64,000 nt of DNA from Synechococcus sp. (lineage in GTDB: Bacteria > Cyanobacteriota > Cyanobacteriia > PCC-6307 > Cyanobiaceae): assembly GCA_047285535.1 (NCBI GenBank), contig JBJBDC010000001.1:352136-416135 (forward strand), written 5' to 3'. Shown here in pieces: positions 21,600 through 31,999 of the stretch (position 1 is the first letter of the stretch; every line of letters begins with the position of its first letter). Position numbers and translations under genes: made by a program. The notes below the pieces were generated by a model. That model had not been told where the DNA came from. It saw nothing but the letters and a program-made list of their open reading frames with translations, and did no database searches.

Positions 21600-21923
21600 T
21601 TATTTCTTGTTATAAAGAATTGCCAGACAGTTCTTCAGGTCATTTCTCATGCCATTGAGACGTTTTTGCATCTTGGTATCGTTCGGATTCAACTGGACGT
21701 AGCGAGCCGTCACGTCGTTACCGATACTCATGATCAGGCAGAGCGTCTCCAGATCACCTGTTTCCACTGCCCTCATCTGAGCTCCCTCAAGCATCACTTT
21801 TAAAACAGCCATTTTGTTGTGGTAAGCCTGTTCATCACTTTCTTGCCAAGACCATGCGCAGGGGGCAGTCCCAAGCAAAATCACTGTCAAAACCAAAGAA
21901 GATCCGATCAGAGTTCGCATCAT
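21600..21923 (-). CDS. Hypothetical exported protein
   Basis: Signal-peptide-like N-terminus (AWS cleavage), helical mature region with two Cys. Confidence 0.6.
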   Translation of the reverse strand: MMRTLIGSSLVLTVILLGTAPCAWSWQESDEQAYHNKMAVLKVMLEGAQMRAVETGDLETLCLIMSIGNDVTARYVQLNPNDTKMQKRLNGMRNDLKNCLAILYNKK

Positions 21924-22033
21924 CTGGCTGTATACGAACGCATCAGAAAGTTAAACCTGTCGTTGACTTTATAAGGAAAAATAGCGCTCAACAGCAAGTT
22001 CTGACACACTTGACCTTCAAAAGAGATTATTTG

Positions 22034-23086
22034 ATGAGAGCCCGTCTCCCCCTGTTGCTACTGGCTTCTCTTCTGTTCGTGCTGAACGGGTGCGCCACGC
22101 TTGGCGAAGGTGGTGCTTCAAGGCTCGATCTCATCAAACGGAGAGCCGAGCTGCGATGTGGGGTGAGCGGCAAGATACCTGGCTTCAGTTTTTTGCGTCG
22201 GGACGGAACCTTCGCTGGTCTTGATGTAGATATCTGTCGAGCTTTTGCTGCGGCATTCACAGGCAATCCTGATCAGGTTCAATATCGCCCGCTTACCGCT
22301 CCAGAGCGTTTCACCGCATTACGCACCGGAGAAATAGATCTTTTGTCTCGGAATACCACCTACAACCTCAGTAGAGATGCGGCGGGAGGCAATGGCTTAA
22401 GTTTCGCTCCAGTTGTCTTCCATGACGGCCAAGGCCTGCTGGTGAAGCGCAACAGTGGAATATCCAATCTCAACGATCTGGAAGGAAAAACCATTTGCGT
22501 TGGCTCCGGAACCACCACAGAGCAGAACCTCAACGATGCTTTTCAATCCAAAGGGATCGACTACCAACCCATTAAATATCAGGATTTAAATCAAGTGATC
22601 GCGGGCTATCTTCAGGGTCGATGCAGCGCTATGACATCGGATCGCTCTCAGCTCGCTGCGGCCAGATCGGGCTTCAACGATCCCGATCAACATGTGATTC
22701 TTCCGGAAGTCTTGAGCAAGGAGCCCCTGGCTCCACTGGCGGCAGGGGGTGACCAACGATTGATTGATGCCATGCGCTGGGTGACCTATGCCTTGATTGC
22801 TGCTGAAGAATTGGGCATCAACCAACAAAACATCGCTGCCAAACTCGAAGAGGCCCAGCATCGCCCTGAACTCACACAATTGAGGCGATTTCTTGGCGTT
22901 GAAGGTGATCTAGGGCAAAAACTTGGACTGGACAATGATTTCGTCGTGAAAGTGATTCAAGCAACAGGAAATTACGGAGAAATCTATGATCGTCATCTGG
23001 GTCCAAACAGTGCAGTCCCTATCCCTAGGGGTCTCAATAATTTGCACAGCAATGGAGGCGTCTTGACCGCTCCACCATTCCAATGA
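22034..23086 (+). CDS. Amino-acid ABC transporter substrate-binding lipoprotein (AapJ/BztA/NatF-like)
   Basis: Lipobox LNGC; L.CGV, G.DVD.CRA, RFTAL..GEID.LSRNTT, SKEPL, GNYGEIY. Confidence 0.92.
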   Translation: MRARLPLLLLASLLFVLNGCATLGEGGASRLDLIKRRAELRCGVSGKIPGFSFLRRDGTFAGLDVDICRAFAAAFTGNPDQVQYRPLTAPERFTALRTGEIDLLSRNTTYNLSRDAAGGNGLSFAPVVFHDGQGLLVKRNSGISNLNDLEGKTICVGSGTTTEQNLNDAFQSKGIDYQPIKYQDLNQVIAGYLQGRCSAMTSDRSQLAAARSGFNDPDQHVILPEVLSKEPLAPLAAGGDQRLIDAMRWVTYALIAAEELGINQQNIAAKLEEAQHRPELTQLRRFLGVEGDLGQKLGLDNDFVVKVIQATGNYGEIYDRHLGPNSAVPIPRGLNNLHSNGGVLTAPPFQ

Positions 23087-23982
23087 AACTCTCAAGACGC
23101 TGGTGGTGGCAGCTCATCATCATTCTTGCTCTCTTCACACTGTTAGGCATTCTGATCAACAACCTCGCGGTCAATCTGATCAGGACAGGCTTAGGACTCA
23201 GTTTTGACTGGTTGTGGCGTCCTGCAGGCTTTGAACTCAGTGAGCATCCGCTCCCCTACCACCCTTCCCACAGCACAGCCTGGGCTCTGCTGATGGGATG
23301 GCTCAATAGTTTGAGAGTGATTGTTGCAGGGATTGTTCTGGCAACACTTCTTGGCGTGTTCACTGGTGCTGCCCGTCGCAGTCTGAATCCACTATTGAGG
23401 CAGTTGGCGACTTTTTATGTGGGACTCATTAGGCAGATTCCACTTTTATTACAACTTCTTTTTTGGTATTTCGTTGCTTTCCTAGGACTTCCCTCCCAGC
23501 CACTTGCACCCCTTGGAACCCTGATTCGTTTGTCCAATCAGGGCATCAGTTTTCTTGGCGTGACTCTGAGCGTGGAGTTTGCAGCGGTCCTGCTCGGTCT
23601 CAGCGTCTTTACTGGAGCCTCGATCGCAGAGGTTGTACGTGGCGGCCTTGATTCAGTGCCGCGGGGTCAGTGGGAAGCCTTCCGCAGTCTTGGCATGAAT
23701 GAGGGCTTGGGGCTGTACAGAATTGTTCTGCCACAAGCTCTCCCTGCGATTCTTCCTGCCCTCAGTAGTCAATATCTCAATCTGGCGAAGAACAGCACTC
23801 TGGCCATCGCTGTTGGTTACGCCGATCTCTACGCCGTGAGTGACACCACCATTACCCAAACAGGTCGAGCGATCGAAGGTTTTTTGCTGCTTTTAATCAG
23901 CTTTCTGCTGTTGAACTTGCTCATTAATGGAGGGATGCAGCTGCTCAATCGAGCTGTTTTAAACCGCCAGCATCATCCTTAA
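23083..23982 (+). CDS. Amino-acid ABC transporter permease (AapQ/BztB/NatG-like)
   Basis: AEVVRGG..SVPRGQWEA EAA loop; LNLAKNSTLAIAVGY. Confidence 0.92.
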   Translation: MKLSRRWWWQLIIILALFTLLGILINNLAVNLIRTGLGLSFDWLWRPAGFELSEHPLPYHPSHSTAWALLMGWLNSLRVIVAGIVLATLLGVFTGAARRSLNPLLRQLATFYVGLIRQIPLLLQLLFWYFVAFLGLPSQPLAPLGTLIRLSNQGISFLGVTLSVEFAAVLLGLSVFTGASIAEVVRGGLDSVPRGQWEAFRSLGMNEGLGLYRIVLPQALPAILPALSSQYLNLAKNSTLAIAVGYADLYAVSDTTITQTGRAIEGFLLLLISFLLLNLLINGGMQLLNRAVLNRQHHP

Positions 23983-24007
23983 AATGAACCTGCAATAGAC
24001 ACCGTCC

Positions 24008-24511
24008 ATGAATAAGCGCCGTATCGCTGCAATCCTTCTGATTGTGGCGTCTGTCGCAGCTATTTTGCTGCCATTTGCATCAGCGACACTTCTCACGATT
24101 GGATTAGGGGGAATTGTCTTCGTTGCAGGCCTCAATCAATTGCTGCGGCTTGGAGACATCGAAACGAGCCAAGGAAAGATCTTCAAAGCTTTGTCCGGCC
24201 TCCTCTACATAGGTGGCGCTGTTTTTATTCTGATCGACCCCATTGACAGCGAAATCAGCCTCACTCTGTTTGCAGGGGTGCTCTTGCTTGTTGAAGGGGT
24301 GATGGAATTGGCCACTGGGGCCAGTTCGACTGTTCCAGCTCGAGGTCTTGTTGTCGTCGATGGACTTGTCACTGCCGTGCTCGGATTGCTGTTGGTGATC
24401 GAGTGGCCTTCTGACAGCCTCTGGGCTTTAGGCACCATTTTTGGGGCATCGCTGTTCCTTTCAGCGTTGAATCTGCTTAAAGCACCTGACGCTCCTCCAA
24501 CCGCCAGCTGA
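24008..24511 (+). CDS. HdeD/DUF308 family membrane protein
   Basis: 167 aa, all hydrophobic helices, repeated G..L pattern and WPS.SLWALG. Confidence 0.75.
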   Translation: MNKRRIAAILLIVASVAAILLPFASATLLTIGLGGIVFVAGLNQLLRLGDIETSQGKIFKALSGLLYIGGAVFILIDPIDSEISLTLFAGVLLLVEGVMELATGASSTVPARGLVVVDGLVTAVLGLLLVIEWPSDSLWALGTIFGASLFLSALNLLKAPDAPPTAS

Positions 24512-25539
24512 TGCCGAGCCAATCCAAACCACGTCCGCATCGCTATCGCCGATGGCGTCAAAAGCCACTCGAAACCGCGGTCAGTCTTCTCATGCTGGGC
24601 TTGATTGTTTGGGCTCTCTGGTCCACAGGTTCATGGCTCATCACTGGTGCTGACTGGCGAGTGGTGACCCATAACCTGCCTCTTTTTGCCTTTGGCAGCT
24701 ATCCAGAAGACCAACGCTGGAGGCCCTTGGTGTGGATGCTGCTCTTGGTGTTGCTCACGGTCACCACACTGGCCAGTGATTCCTTGCCTCGAGGCCTGAA
24801 ACGCATCCAATCCCTGCTTCCCTGGGCTTGGATTCTCATGGTGCCCACCGGGGTTGTTTTGCTCGCTGGATCCGCACATCTTGAGGAGGTCCCCTCTCGG
24901 GCCTGGGGCGGACTCACTCTCACGTTGCTGCTTACGACAGCCAGTGGGTTTTTGGCCCTGCCCATGGGGATCGGTCTTGCGCTCGGACGAACATCCAATT
25001 TGGGTCTGGTGTCGATGCTCTGTCGCATTTATATCGACTTCATGCGTGCTGTCCCTCTGATTGCGGTTTTGTTTTTTGGACAATTGCTTTTACCACTTTT
25101 CCTTCCGGTTGAAATTGAGATCAACAGAGTGTTGAGGGCTGTGCTTGCTTTTGCACTGTTTGCAGCGGCCTATGTCGCAGAAGATGTCCGAGGAGGACTG
25201 CAGTCCATTCCAGCGACTCAAAGGGAAGCGGCCTCTGCGCTTGGACTCAATGCGTCGATGACGATGCGACTGATTGTTCTTCCTCAGGCCTTGAGAATTG
25301 CTGTTCCTGCCTTGACCAATCAGGCCATTGGTCTGCTTCAGAACACCAGCCTGATGGCGATACTCGGGTTGGTGGAACTGCTGGGCATCAGTCGAAGCTT
25401 ACTGGCGAACCCTGAATACATCGGTCGACACCTTGAGACCTACGTCTGGCTTGCGGCTTTGTATTGGTTGCTGTGTACAGGCATGGCCCTTCTCGCGAAG
25501 CGAATTGAGCATCAAGGCCTAATCACCTCCCAATCCTAA
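24511..25539 (+). CDS. Amino-acid ABC transporter permease (AapM/BztC/NatH-like)
   Basis: G.YP..QRWRP, WGGL.LTL, AAYVAEDVRGGLQS EAA loop. Confidence 0.92.
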   Translation: MPSQSKPRPHRYRRWRQKPLETAVSLLMLGLIVWALWSTGSWLITGADWRVVTHNLPLFAFGSYPEDQRWRPLVWMLLLVLLTVTTLASDSLPRGLKRIQSLLPWAWILMVPTGVVLLAGSAHLEEVPSRAWGGLTLTLLLTTASGFLALPMGIGLALGRTSNLGLVSMLCRIYIDFMRAVPLIAVLFFGQLLLPLFLPVEIEINRVLRAVLAFALFAAAYVAEDVRGGLQSIPATQREAASALGLNASMTMRLIVLPQALRIAVPALTNQAIGLLQNTSLMAILGLVELLGISRSLLANPEYIGRHLETYVWLAALYWLLCTGMALLAKRIEHQGLITSQS

Positions 25540-25563
25540 AGCTGCCCTGATCAAGACGTCATC

Positions 25564-26307
25564 ATGTCCATCGCCATTCAAGTCAAGTCCGTTAGTAAGT
25601 CTTTTTCAGACGATCATCGTGCACTTGATGACGTGAATCTCAGCGTCGATCTCGGAGAAGTTCTTGTGGTCATGGGGCCCTCCGGATCCGGAAAAAGCAC
25701 GTTGATCCGTACCTTCAACGGGCTTGAAAGCATTGATGAAGGCCAGCTGGAGATCGTTGGAATCCACCTTGATGCCAGCCATGACGAACGGCAGATCAGG
25801 CGCATTCGCAGCAGGGTTGGGATGGTGTTCCAGCAATTCAATTTGTTTCCTCATCTCTCCATCCTTGAGAACATCACCTTGGCTCCAATCCGCGTGAAGA
25901 AAGTGAAGCGAAAGCAAGCGGAACTGAGAGCGATGTCCCTGCTCAGCCAAATGGGGATCGCTGATCAGGCCATGAAACGACCAGCTCAACTCAGCGGTGG
26001 CCAGCAACAAAGGGTCGCCATCGCAAGAGCTTTGGCGATGGACCCAGAGGTGATGCTGTTTGATGAGCCAACCAGTGCACTGGACCCAGAACGGGTGAAA
26101 GAAGTTCTTGATGCCATGCGCGCTTTGGCTTCAGCCGGAATGACCATGGTTGTGGTGACGCATGAGCTGAGTTTCGCCCGTGAGGTTGCTGATCGGGTGT
26201 TGTTTATGGATGCGGGAAAGGTTGTTGAACTTTCAGAAGCGAAACTATTCTTTGATCATGCCAAGGAGGAGCGAAGCAGGCGTTTTCTGAATCAGATGCA
26301 CCATTAA
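25564..26307 (+). CDS. Amino-acid ABC transporter ATP-binding protein (GlnQ/AapP-like)
   Basis: GPSGSGKST, MVFQQFNLFPHL, LSGGQQQRVAIARAL, FDEPTSALDPE, VVTHE. Confidence 0.95.
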   Translation: MSIAIQVKSVSKSFSDDHRALDDVNLSVDLGEVLVVMGPSGSGKSTLIRTFNGLESIDEGQLEIVGIHLDASHDERQIRRIRSRVGMVFQQFNLFPHLSILENITLAPIRVKKVKRKQAELRAMSLLSQMGIADQAMKRPAQLSGGQQQRVAIARALAMDPEVMLFDEPTSALDPERVKEVLDAMRALASAGMTMVVVTHELSFAREVADRVLFMDAGKVVELSEAKLFFDHAKEERSRRFLNQMHH

Positions 26308-26812
26308 ATTTTATGGCTTAATAGCAGTGCGGTTGTTTGTTTTTGAATGCTAGTTGAAGTGAGATAAGCGATTGTGATTTCGGTACCAGAACAATCCACT
26401 TGTCAATTTTGCTGGTATCTCCAAAAGACTCAGGAACAGGTGAATAAAAATAGTCTTTTTAGCGTTATTTAGACTGGCAGGATTGATGTTTTTCTGATGT
26501 CTGTGTAGATTTTATTGCTGGCTCGGACTCTTTCTCGCACTCCTTGGCTAGGGATGCAACAGGTTGATCCCTGTTTGGTTGCCTGAATATTCTCTTCGAG
26601 TATGGGCTTAATGCACACTGATGTGTTGAATGATGCAATGTTTCCGAGTGGTGTCTGGTCGGCTGTAGGGCCTTAAATTATTATTTGGAATATGTTTGTT
26701 TCTTTCGCGATAAGCGCATGGTCGGCACAATGACTGATCGTATTAGTGGTGTTTGTTTTTTAGTTTGCAAAGACAATTTTTGAGGTGTTGGCGTATTCTC
26801 CTTTTGTTGCTT

Positions 26813-27025
26813 TTAGGCCAGCTGGCATCGGCCATCAAGCTGGTGCAAGGCTCGCTCAGCGGCAACTAATTCTCTCTCTGTATGGAGCCAGCTCTCGTTG
26901 TCTAGGGGCAGGCTGTTGACTTGCTCCTGTAATCGCTCCTGCAATCTCTCACGTCGAGCTTGGAGGGCCTCGCTGAGCTGAACAATCCTTTGGGGGATGG
27001 AACAGAAAGGAGCCGAAACAGACAC
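26813..27025 (-). CDS. Small coiled-coil hypothetical protein
   Basis: 70-aa helical ORF (LPLDNESWLHTERELVAAERAL) with protein-like composition. Confidence 0.6.
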   Translation of the reverse strand: MSVSAPFCSIPQRIVQLSEALQARRERLQERLQEQVNSLPLDNESWLHTERELVAAERALHQLDGRCQLA

Positions 27026-27095
27026 TGATCGTCAGGAGTGAGGACGGATGAAATTTTGGCACATCGCTGAGAATTTTCCTAGTCTTTTCTGAGTT

Positions 27096-27434
27096 TTGCC
27101 AGCCTTCGCCATTGTTCTCCTCCTGGCCGAACTCAGCCCAGGCCTGCTTGGTGGATACCTGCTTGGGCAATACAAGCCGGAATGGTTTGGCCCGCTTGCG
27201 AGACCGCGGGTTCGTTTTGGTGTTCCCTTAAGCCTGATGGGCTTGCTTCTCAAGGTTGTTTGGAACACCTCTCTACTCAGCATGGCCCCACCGAACACCA
27301 CAGTGATCATGGTTCTACTTTTGGTTCTCCGAGGCTGGAGTCAAAGGTTGAATCAACTGATGTCTTCAACGCTTCAGTTGGGAACCTGCATCGGCAACAC
27401 CGCGTATCTTGGGATCACGGACGCTGTAACGTAA
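27096..27434 (+). pseudogene. AEC (auxin efflux carrier-like) transporter pseudogene, N-terminal part
   Basis: Hydrophobic ORF ending just after IGNTAYLGI, which corresponds to the AEC GNxGxxGxP motif. Confidence 0.7.
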
Positions 27435-27463
27435 CATTTTCAGAGGAATGCTATTCCCTCCCT

Positions 27464-27736
27464 TCATCGGTTCAGGCGTAGTTGTTGAAACAGAAGACTT
27501 AATACAAGGGTCTGGACAATCCAAATCCCCTGAATGAGTGGATAACTCATCGTATCGCTTAGTCGATTCACAATTGGGTTCTTAAGAGCATATTCAGCAG
27601 TTGCAAAACAAACTGAAATCAGCAAAGCAGTGCTGTAACTTTGGATGTTGAATTTGGTACTGGAAAATGTTGCGAGGACATAGAAAAATGCAGGTACTGC
27701 AAGAAGAGCAAGTAAACGCAAAGTAGAGGGCATCAT
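27464..27736 (-). CDS. Small membrane protein (DMT-like), inserted within the AEC pseudogene
   Basis: 90 aa with ~3 TM segments (FATAEYALK.P...IQGIW); AT-richer than flanks. Confidence 0.6.
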   Translation of the reverse strand: MMPSTLRLLALLAVPAFFYVLATFSSTKFNIQSYSTALLISVCFATAEYALKNPIVNRLSDTMSYPLIQGIWIVQTLVLSLLFQQLRLNR

Positions 27737-27819
27737 TGAATTTGTATATGGATTACAAAGTTAATCCAAAACCAGTCAAATACTCAACAACATCTAACGG
27801 CAACAAGTTGTCTCGAAGC

Positions 27820-28218
27820 CACTGGCAAGAAACTCTTGTTGCTGCCTTTTAGCTGCCTTCCAGGGTTGTCATCATGCTCGCATTCATTCTTGTGGGTATG
27901 CGCCTTGCCAGTTGTTCTTTTGAACGCAAAACCGCTCACCCCACGCCATTGAAGTTCACTCTTGACTGCACACAGCGCCTGTTGCCTGCATTCATGTTTG
28001 GACGCAGCCTGATCATCCCCATCAGTGCGCTGGCAGGACAAGCACTCGTACTACAGTTGCAGCTCCCTCATCCATTGCTTTTCTTCTGATTGCACAATCA
28101 GAACAGGCCGATACTGCAGCAGCTGGCCAACTGATGGCGTAGCACTCTTCTTGCCATCTTGACGGTCCCGATCTGGGCTGTGCTGTTCACGATGTTGGGA
28201 GAAAGACTCGAAATGTGA
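27820..28218 (+). pseudogene. AEC transporter pseudogene, C-terminal part
   Basis: Frameshifted pieces PSRVVIMLAFILVGMRL ... QALVLQ / VAAPSSIAFLLIAQ...AAAGQLMA* / STLLAILTVPIW, typical of AEC C-termini. Confidence 0.72.
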
Positions 28219-28747
28219 TATTTAATCTTGGTGTGCGGATTCTTCTGCGAGGAGGAAGTGCATGCATCCATAATCGTTGGCAATCAGGGTCCATTACAAG
28301 TAAATCCCCATGCGCTAGAGCTACTTCCTCTCGACGCTGAGTCATGCGATGACGAAATTGCAATGGTCGGCTTGCTCCGAACGAAAGAGATGCGATCGGA
28401 GACTTGGCATCAATCTCCTGTTCATCATCTGAATGCCAGCCCATTCGATCATCTCCATTGCGATAAAGATTGAACAAGCAGCCATTGAATCGGGCACCAC
28501 AGCTTTCATTCACACGCTCCAGCAATGGGATGAACCAGTCGGGCCAGCCTTTCCCGCGATGAACCACTCCGCTGTAGCGATAATTGACCGAGACATCCGC
28601 CAGGAAAGCAGAGAGTCTTGGGACAAGATGATATTGACCGTAGACACAAACTTGTGGTTGCTCCCAGGCGATCTGCTTATGACAAAGCTCAAACCAATCC
28701 TTTGATAGGTCAGGTTTGAGCCAGCCAATGCGATGCTCCCAATTCAT
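28187..28747 (-). CDS. AlkB-family 2OG-Fe(II) dioxygenase (ALKBH2/3-like)
   Basis: PRL, N.CL.NLYRNG.D.MGWHSDDE, IASLSFG, H.LP, R.NITFR. Upstream start at 28798 possible. Confidence 0.92.
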   Translation of the reverse strand: MNWEHRIGWLKPDLSKDWFELCHKQIAWEQPQVCVYGQYHLVPRLSAFLADVSVNYRYSGVVHRGKGWPDWFIPLLERVNESCGARFNGCLFNLYRNGDDRMGWHSDDEQEIDAKSPIASLSFGASRPLQFRHRMTQRREEVALAHGDLLVMDPDCQRLWMHALPPRRRIRTPRLNITFRVFLPTS

Positions 28748-29450
28748 GGATCCAAGTCGGTGCCCATAGCATTGATCAAGGCTCAATTCATTATTCATAG
28801 GCCCTTTGGATGACTGAATGTAGACATTGATTTTGATCTGTTGTGTTGATGGGTCCTTAAGTGACTTTTGTTTAATTTACTTTGATTAGAATTAGCGTTC
28901 ATATGCTCTTGTTTGCCTATGGAGTTTCAAGCAGCTCTGAACTGCTCGCAGCTGGTGTAATGCAAGATCCAATGGAGTGGAATCATATTAAGATTCTAGT
29001 TCATTATTAAAAGCATAAAGCGGAACTTGAGAATCACTGAGAAGCAGTTCAACAACCTCAAGGCCTAAACAAGGAGCAGCTACTAATACCAGTTTATTAA
29101 TTTTTCTTGGTCCCTGCGCAGTTCATCAGTTGAGCACCTTTGTAGATACAAATTCAATTCTGAGGAAGCCGACAATTTCCTGGTTTTGTTGAAAGCACAC
29201 GAATGAGCTTGCTGACAAGGCTGGGGAATCTGAAAATTTGATGAGAAGCGCATTAGGTGTCTCTATTGGCGCACTAGCGGCTTGCCACCATCATTTTTGA
29301 CATTCTCAGCCGAGACTCAACATTTTCCACAGGCGCAGGGAATCTGAAAAATCCATGAGAAGTCTGGTCTTTTGATGAGAGCTTGGTGAGAGAAGCTTGA
29401 TCGTTAGGGCGGTTTGGCCTAATAACGTTCCAAGCGGTTCAGGTGTATTG

Positions 29451-29750
29451 ATGCGCGGTAACCCTCTCTTTACAGCTTCAAGCCCTCAAGAGAGTGATGC
29501 GGCGCAATCCTTCACAGATGTAAGAGTCGGAGATTATGTGCTTGTACGTGAAGGACGGCATGTTCCCGTGATGACGGATTTTGATTGGTGGATGGGCCAA
29601 GTCGTCTTCTGTGAAAAAGCTTTGAAAGGTAATAACGTAAATACAATGCTTCAGATTTCAGATGTAGATGATGGTTGCATTCATTGGGTTAAGAGCGATG
29701 ATGTTATGCATGTTGTTCGTTCGTTAGATGGACTTGCATTAAATGTTTGA
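29451..29750 (+). CDS. DUF3104 family protein
   Basis: F.DV.VGD.V.V...DWWMGQV...Q..DVDDG.I.WV..D.V pattern. Confidence 0.8.
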   Translation: MRGNPLFTASSPQESDAAQSFTDVRVGDYVLVREGRHVPVMTDFDWWMGQVVFCEKALKGNNVNTMLQISDVDDGCIHWVKSDDVMHVVRSLDGLALNV

Positions 29751-30338
29751 TCACGCTTGATTCAGTCTTGTTATTGTGAAAATCATAGTCTTGAGAATTG
29801 TCTGCGCTTTAATCGCTTTTTTCTAATTATACTCTAGTCAGTTTTTATGGTTCTAATGGAATGTATTTCTGCATTTTATTTTCGTTTTGCGTGTTGTTGA
29901 CGAGCCTAAAACAGCTGATTGAGATCTGAAGGGATCGTTGTCTGGTTTTGGGAGCAGCACAATGTAGCTTTTTGCTCTTTGGCTTGTGATGAGGGAGTCA
30001 GGATTGGGCTTCTGTTTGAAAAAGATTGCTTTTGCTATCGATGGTGCTGACCTTCTTGCGGTCCATGTCAAATCAATTAATAATCAGAGGCTGTGATCAT
30101 GGTTCAACGAGTGAGTTCTCGTTATTTTTCCGTTTCGATTGGTTTCTGGCCTTAACCTTGCCGCTCAGTTTTTATTCTGATCAAAAGTGAAGTATTTTCA
30201 AGATATGGCTTACAAATGGATGGATACCGGTCGGCAAAGTGTGTTTTCACAAATAACTTCTAAAGTCACGAGGCATAAGCTGCCATTCCTTGAGATTGCA
30301 GTCTCTGACTGGATGTAGTAAAAGAGATTATATGCTCT

Positions 30339-31488
30339 ATGGTGTGAGTTATTAGACGTCGAAGCATTGATCCTTGTCGTTTCAATGGTGACTCTACTTA
30401 CGATGCCGGCCTTCACATCCCTCAGAAGCTGCGAGAGAGAGTTGGCCAAACACCTTGAGTACGTTCGTTAGAGACGACTGATCACTCCACAGCTCTCAGA
30501 TGCGATGGAACAGTCATACAATCCCTTGAGAAGGAGCTAGAAAGCCTTCTTAGTGTGGTCATTCTCTTCCAGTTCGTATCAACCTCTATAAACCCTCGAG
30601 TGAGCTAACCAATCTTGAAAAAGCCGAATCTCTTTGGGATTTTTTGAACTAAAGCGAAATAGCCAACATCATATAAATTTTTTTAATTCTATAAGGACTG
30701 ATAAAGACTTACCCATGACTTGGGATGAGCTTTTGAAATTGCGTATAGATTCTAGAAATAAACGTTAAGCCAGAGGATTATCTCAGTAATCAATCACTTC
30801 ATCAAAAGCTGCTGTAGGTAAAATCAAAGCCTATGACGAACCAACACAACTAACTCGTCAAGTAGTTCAAAGGTTTATTGGTGAATAGCAGACTTAACCG
30901 ATATCCACTGAGACACGATGTGGAGCCTTATCTGCATTGATAGAAGTCAGAATAAAGTATGATTGTCTTGACGAGAATCTATTCAAGAAGGGTGACTATA
31001 CAGCCGAAGTTTAGGTTGAAGATGAATGACTAGCTTGCATGGATGAGATGATTCGAGAATTTTATAGAGTCCACTCTTTTTGTTAGTCTTAACAGCAATG
31101 ATACCTGGTGAATATGCATCTCGAAGGCAGAAAGACTGATCTGTGCATAGTATGAGTATTGCTGATGAGCCTTAATAGATTGGAAAACTAAAAACATTAG
31201 CTCTATTAGAGGTGTTCCTAAACCAGATGGCGTTCAGTTAATGAATCTGGTGCAAAGCCGAGATCGATAATAGCTTACATGCTTTCTGATATTAATAATA
31301 GATGATCTGATAAAAGATTTACACCACTTAGTGGTAGGCAAAGCATATACAAACCAAGCAGAACAGTAGGATGTGATGCAAGCGTTATTGAGGCTATTGC
31401 TGGTCATGCTCAAAAGAGAGAATCAAGTCAGTACTGTTCATATCCCGATGAGGTTTTGGGTAGAGAAGTAAAGAAGACATTTGAGTAA
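30339..31488 (+). pseudogene. Degraded tyrosine recombinase/integrase
   Basis: N-terminal MV*VIRRR...LHIPQKLRERVGQTP*VRSLETTDHSTAL (DUF6538-like), internal WKTKNISSIRGVP, C-terminal FTPLSGRQS...GCDASVIEAIAGHA...SQY (decayed HxxR, GH and Y). Many stops and frameshifts. Confidence 0.72.
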
Positions 31489-31618
31489 GTAGAACAGAGT
31501 GTTGATGAGTGTTTGCACCAACCTTATTAATCCATCCAATTAAAAATATTTCCCCATTGCCTGCACGAAGGTTTGACAGCTTCTGACATGAGTCTTGTTA
31601 AATAGACTTAAAGTTTCT

Positions 31619-31999
31619 TTAGTTTGACGAGGCGCGAATACCAATTGAATTATTTGTTGGTTCCTTGTTTCCATCTTTCAAGCCTTCCAATTCCTGCCAT
31701 CGACAAATACCACAGAATTTCTCTGCATACTTATCCCTACGCATCTTACGTAAAGTAATACGTTCACAATGCAACCATACTTTGTAATTTCGCACTGATA
31801 ACCTATGCACAAAGTAAACTGCTGAGAGAGCTAATAGTCCAGCAATAAGGCACTCTTTGTGCACAGTTGAAGCGATTGCTGCGCTAAAGGCTATAACTAC
31901 AGCAACAAATTTAAACAGATCCTTATCAGGTTTTGGCGGCCTTCTTCTACTTATTTCAGTAATTAATTTCTCCATATCTAAGTTGTCCATTATATGCAA
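31619..31999 (-). CDS. Hypothetical membrane protein
   Basis: Two TM segments and a basic C-terminus with CGIC; AT-rich island context. Confidence 0.5.
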   Translation of the reverse strand: MHIMDNLDMEKLITEISRRRPPKPDKDLFKFVAVVIAFSAAIASTVHKECLIAGLLALSAVYFVHRLSVRNYKVWLHCERITLRKMRRDKYAEKFCGICRWQELEGLKDGNKEPTNNSIGIRASSN

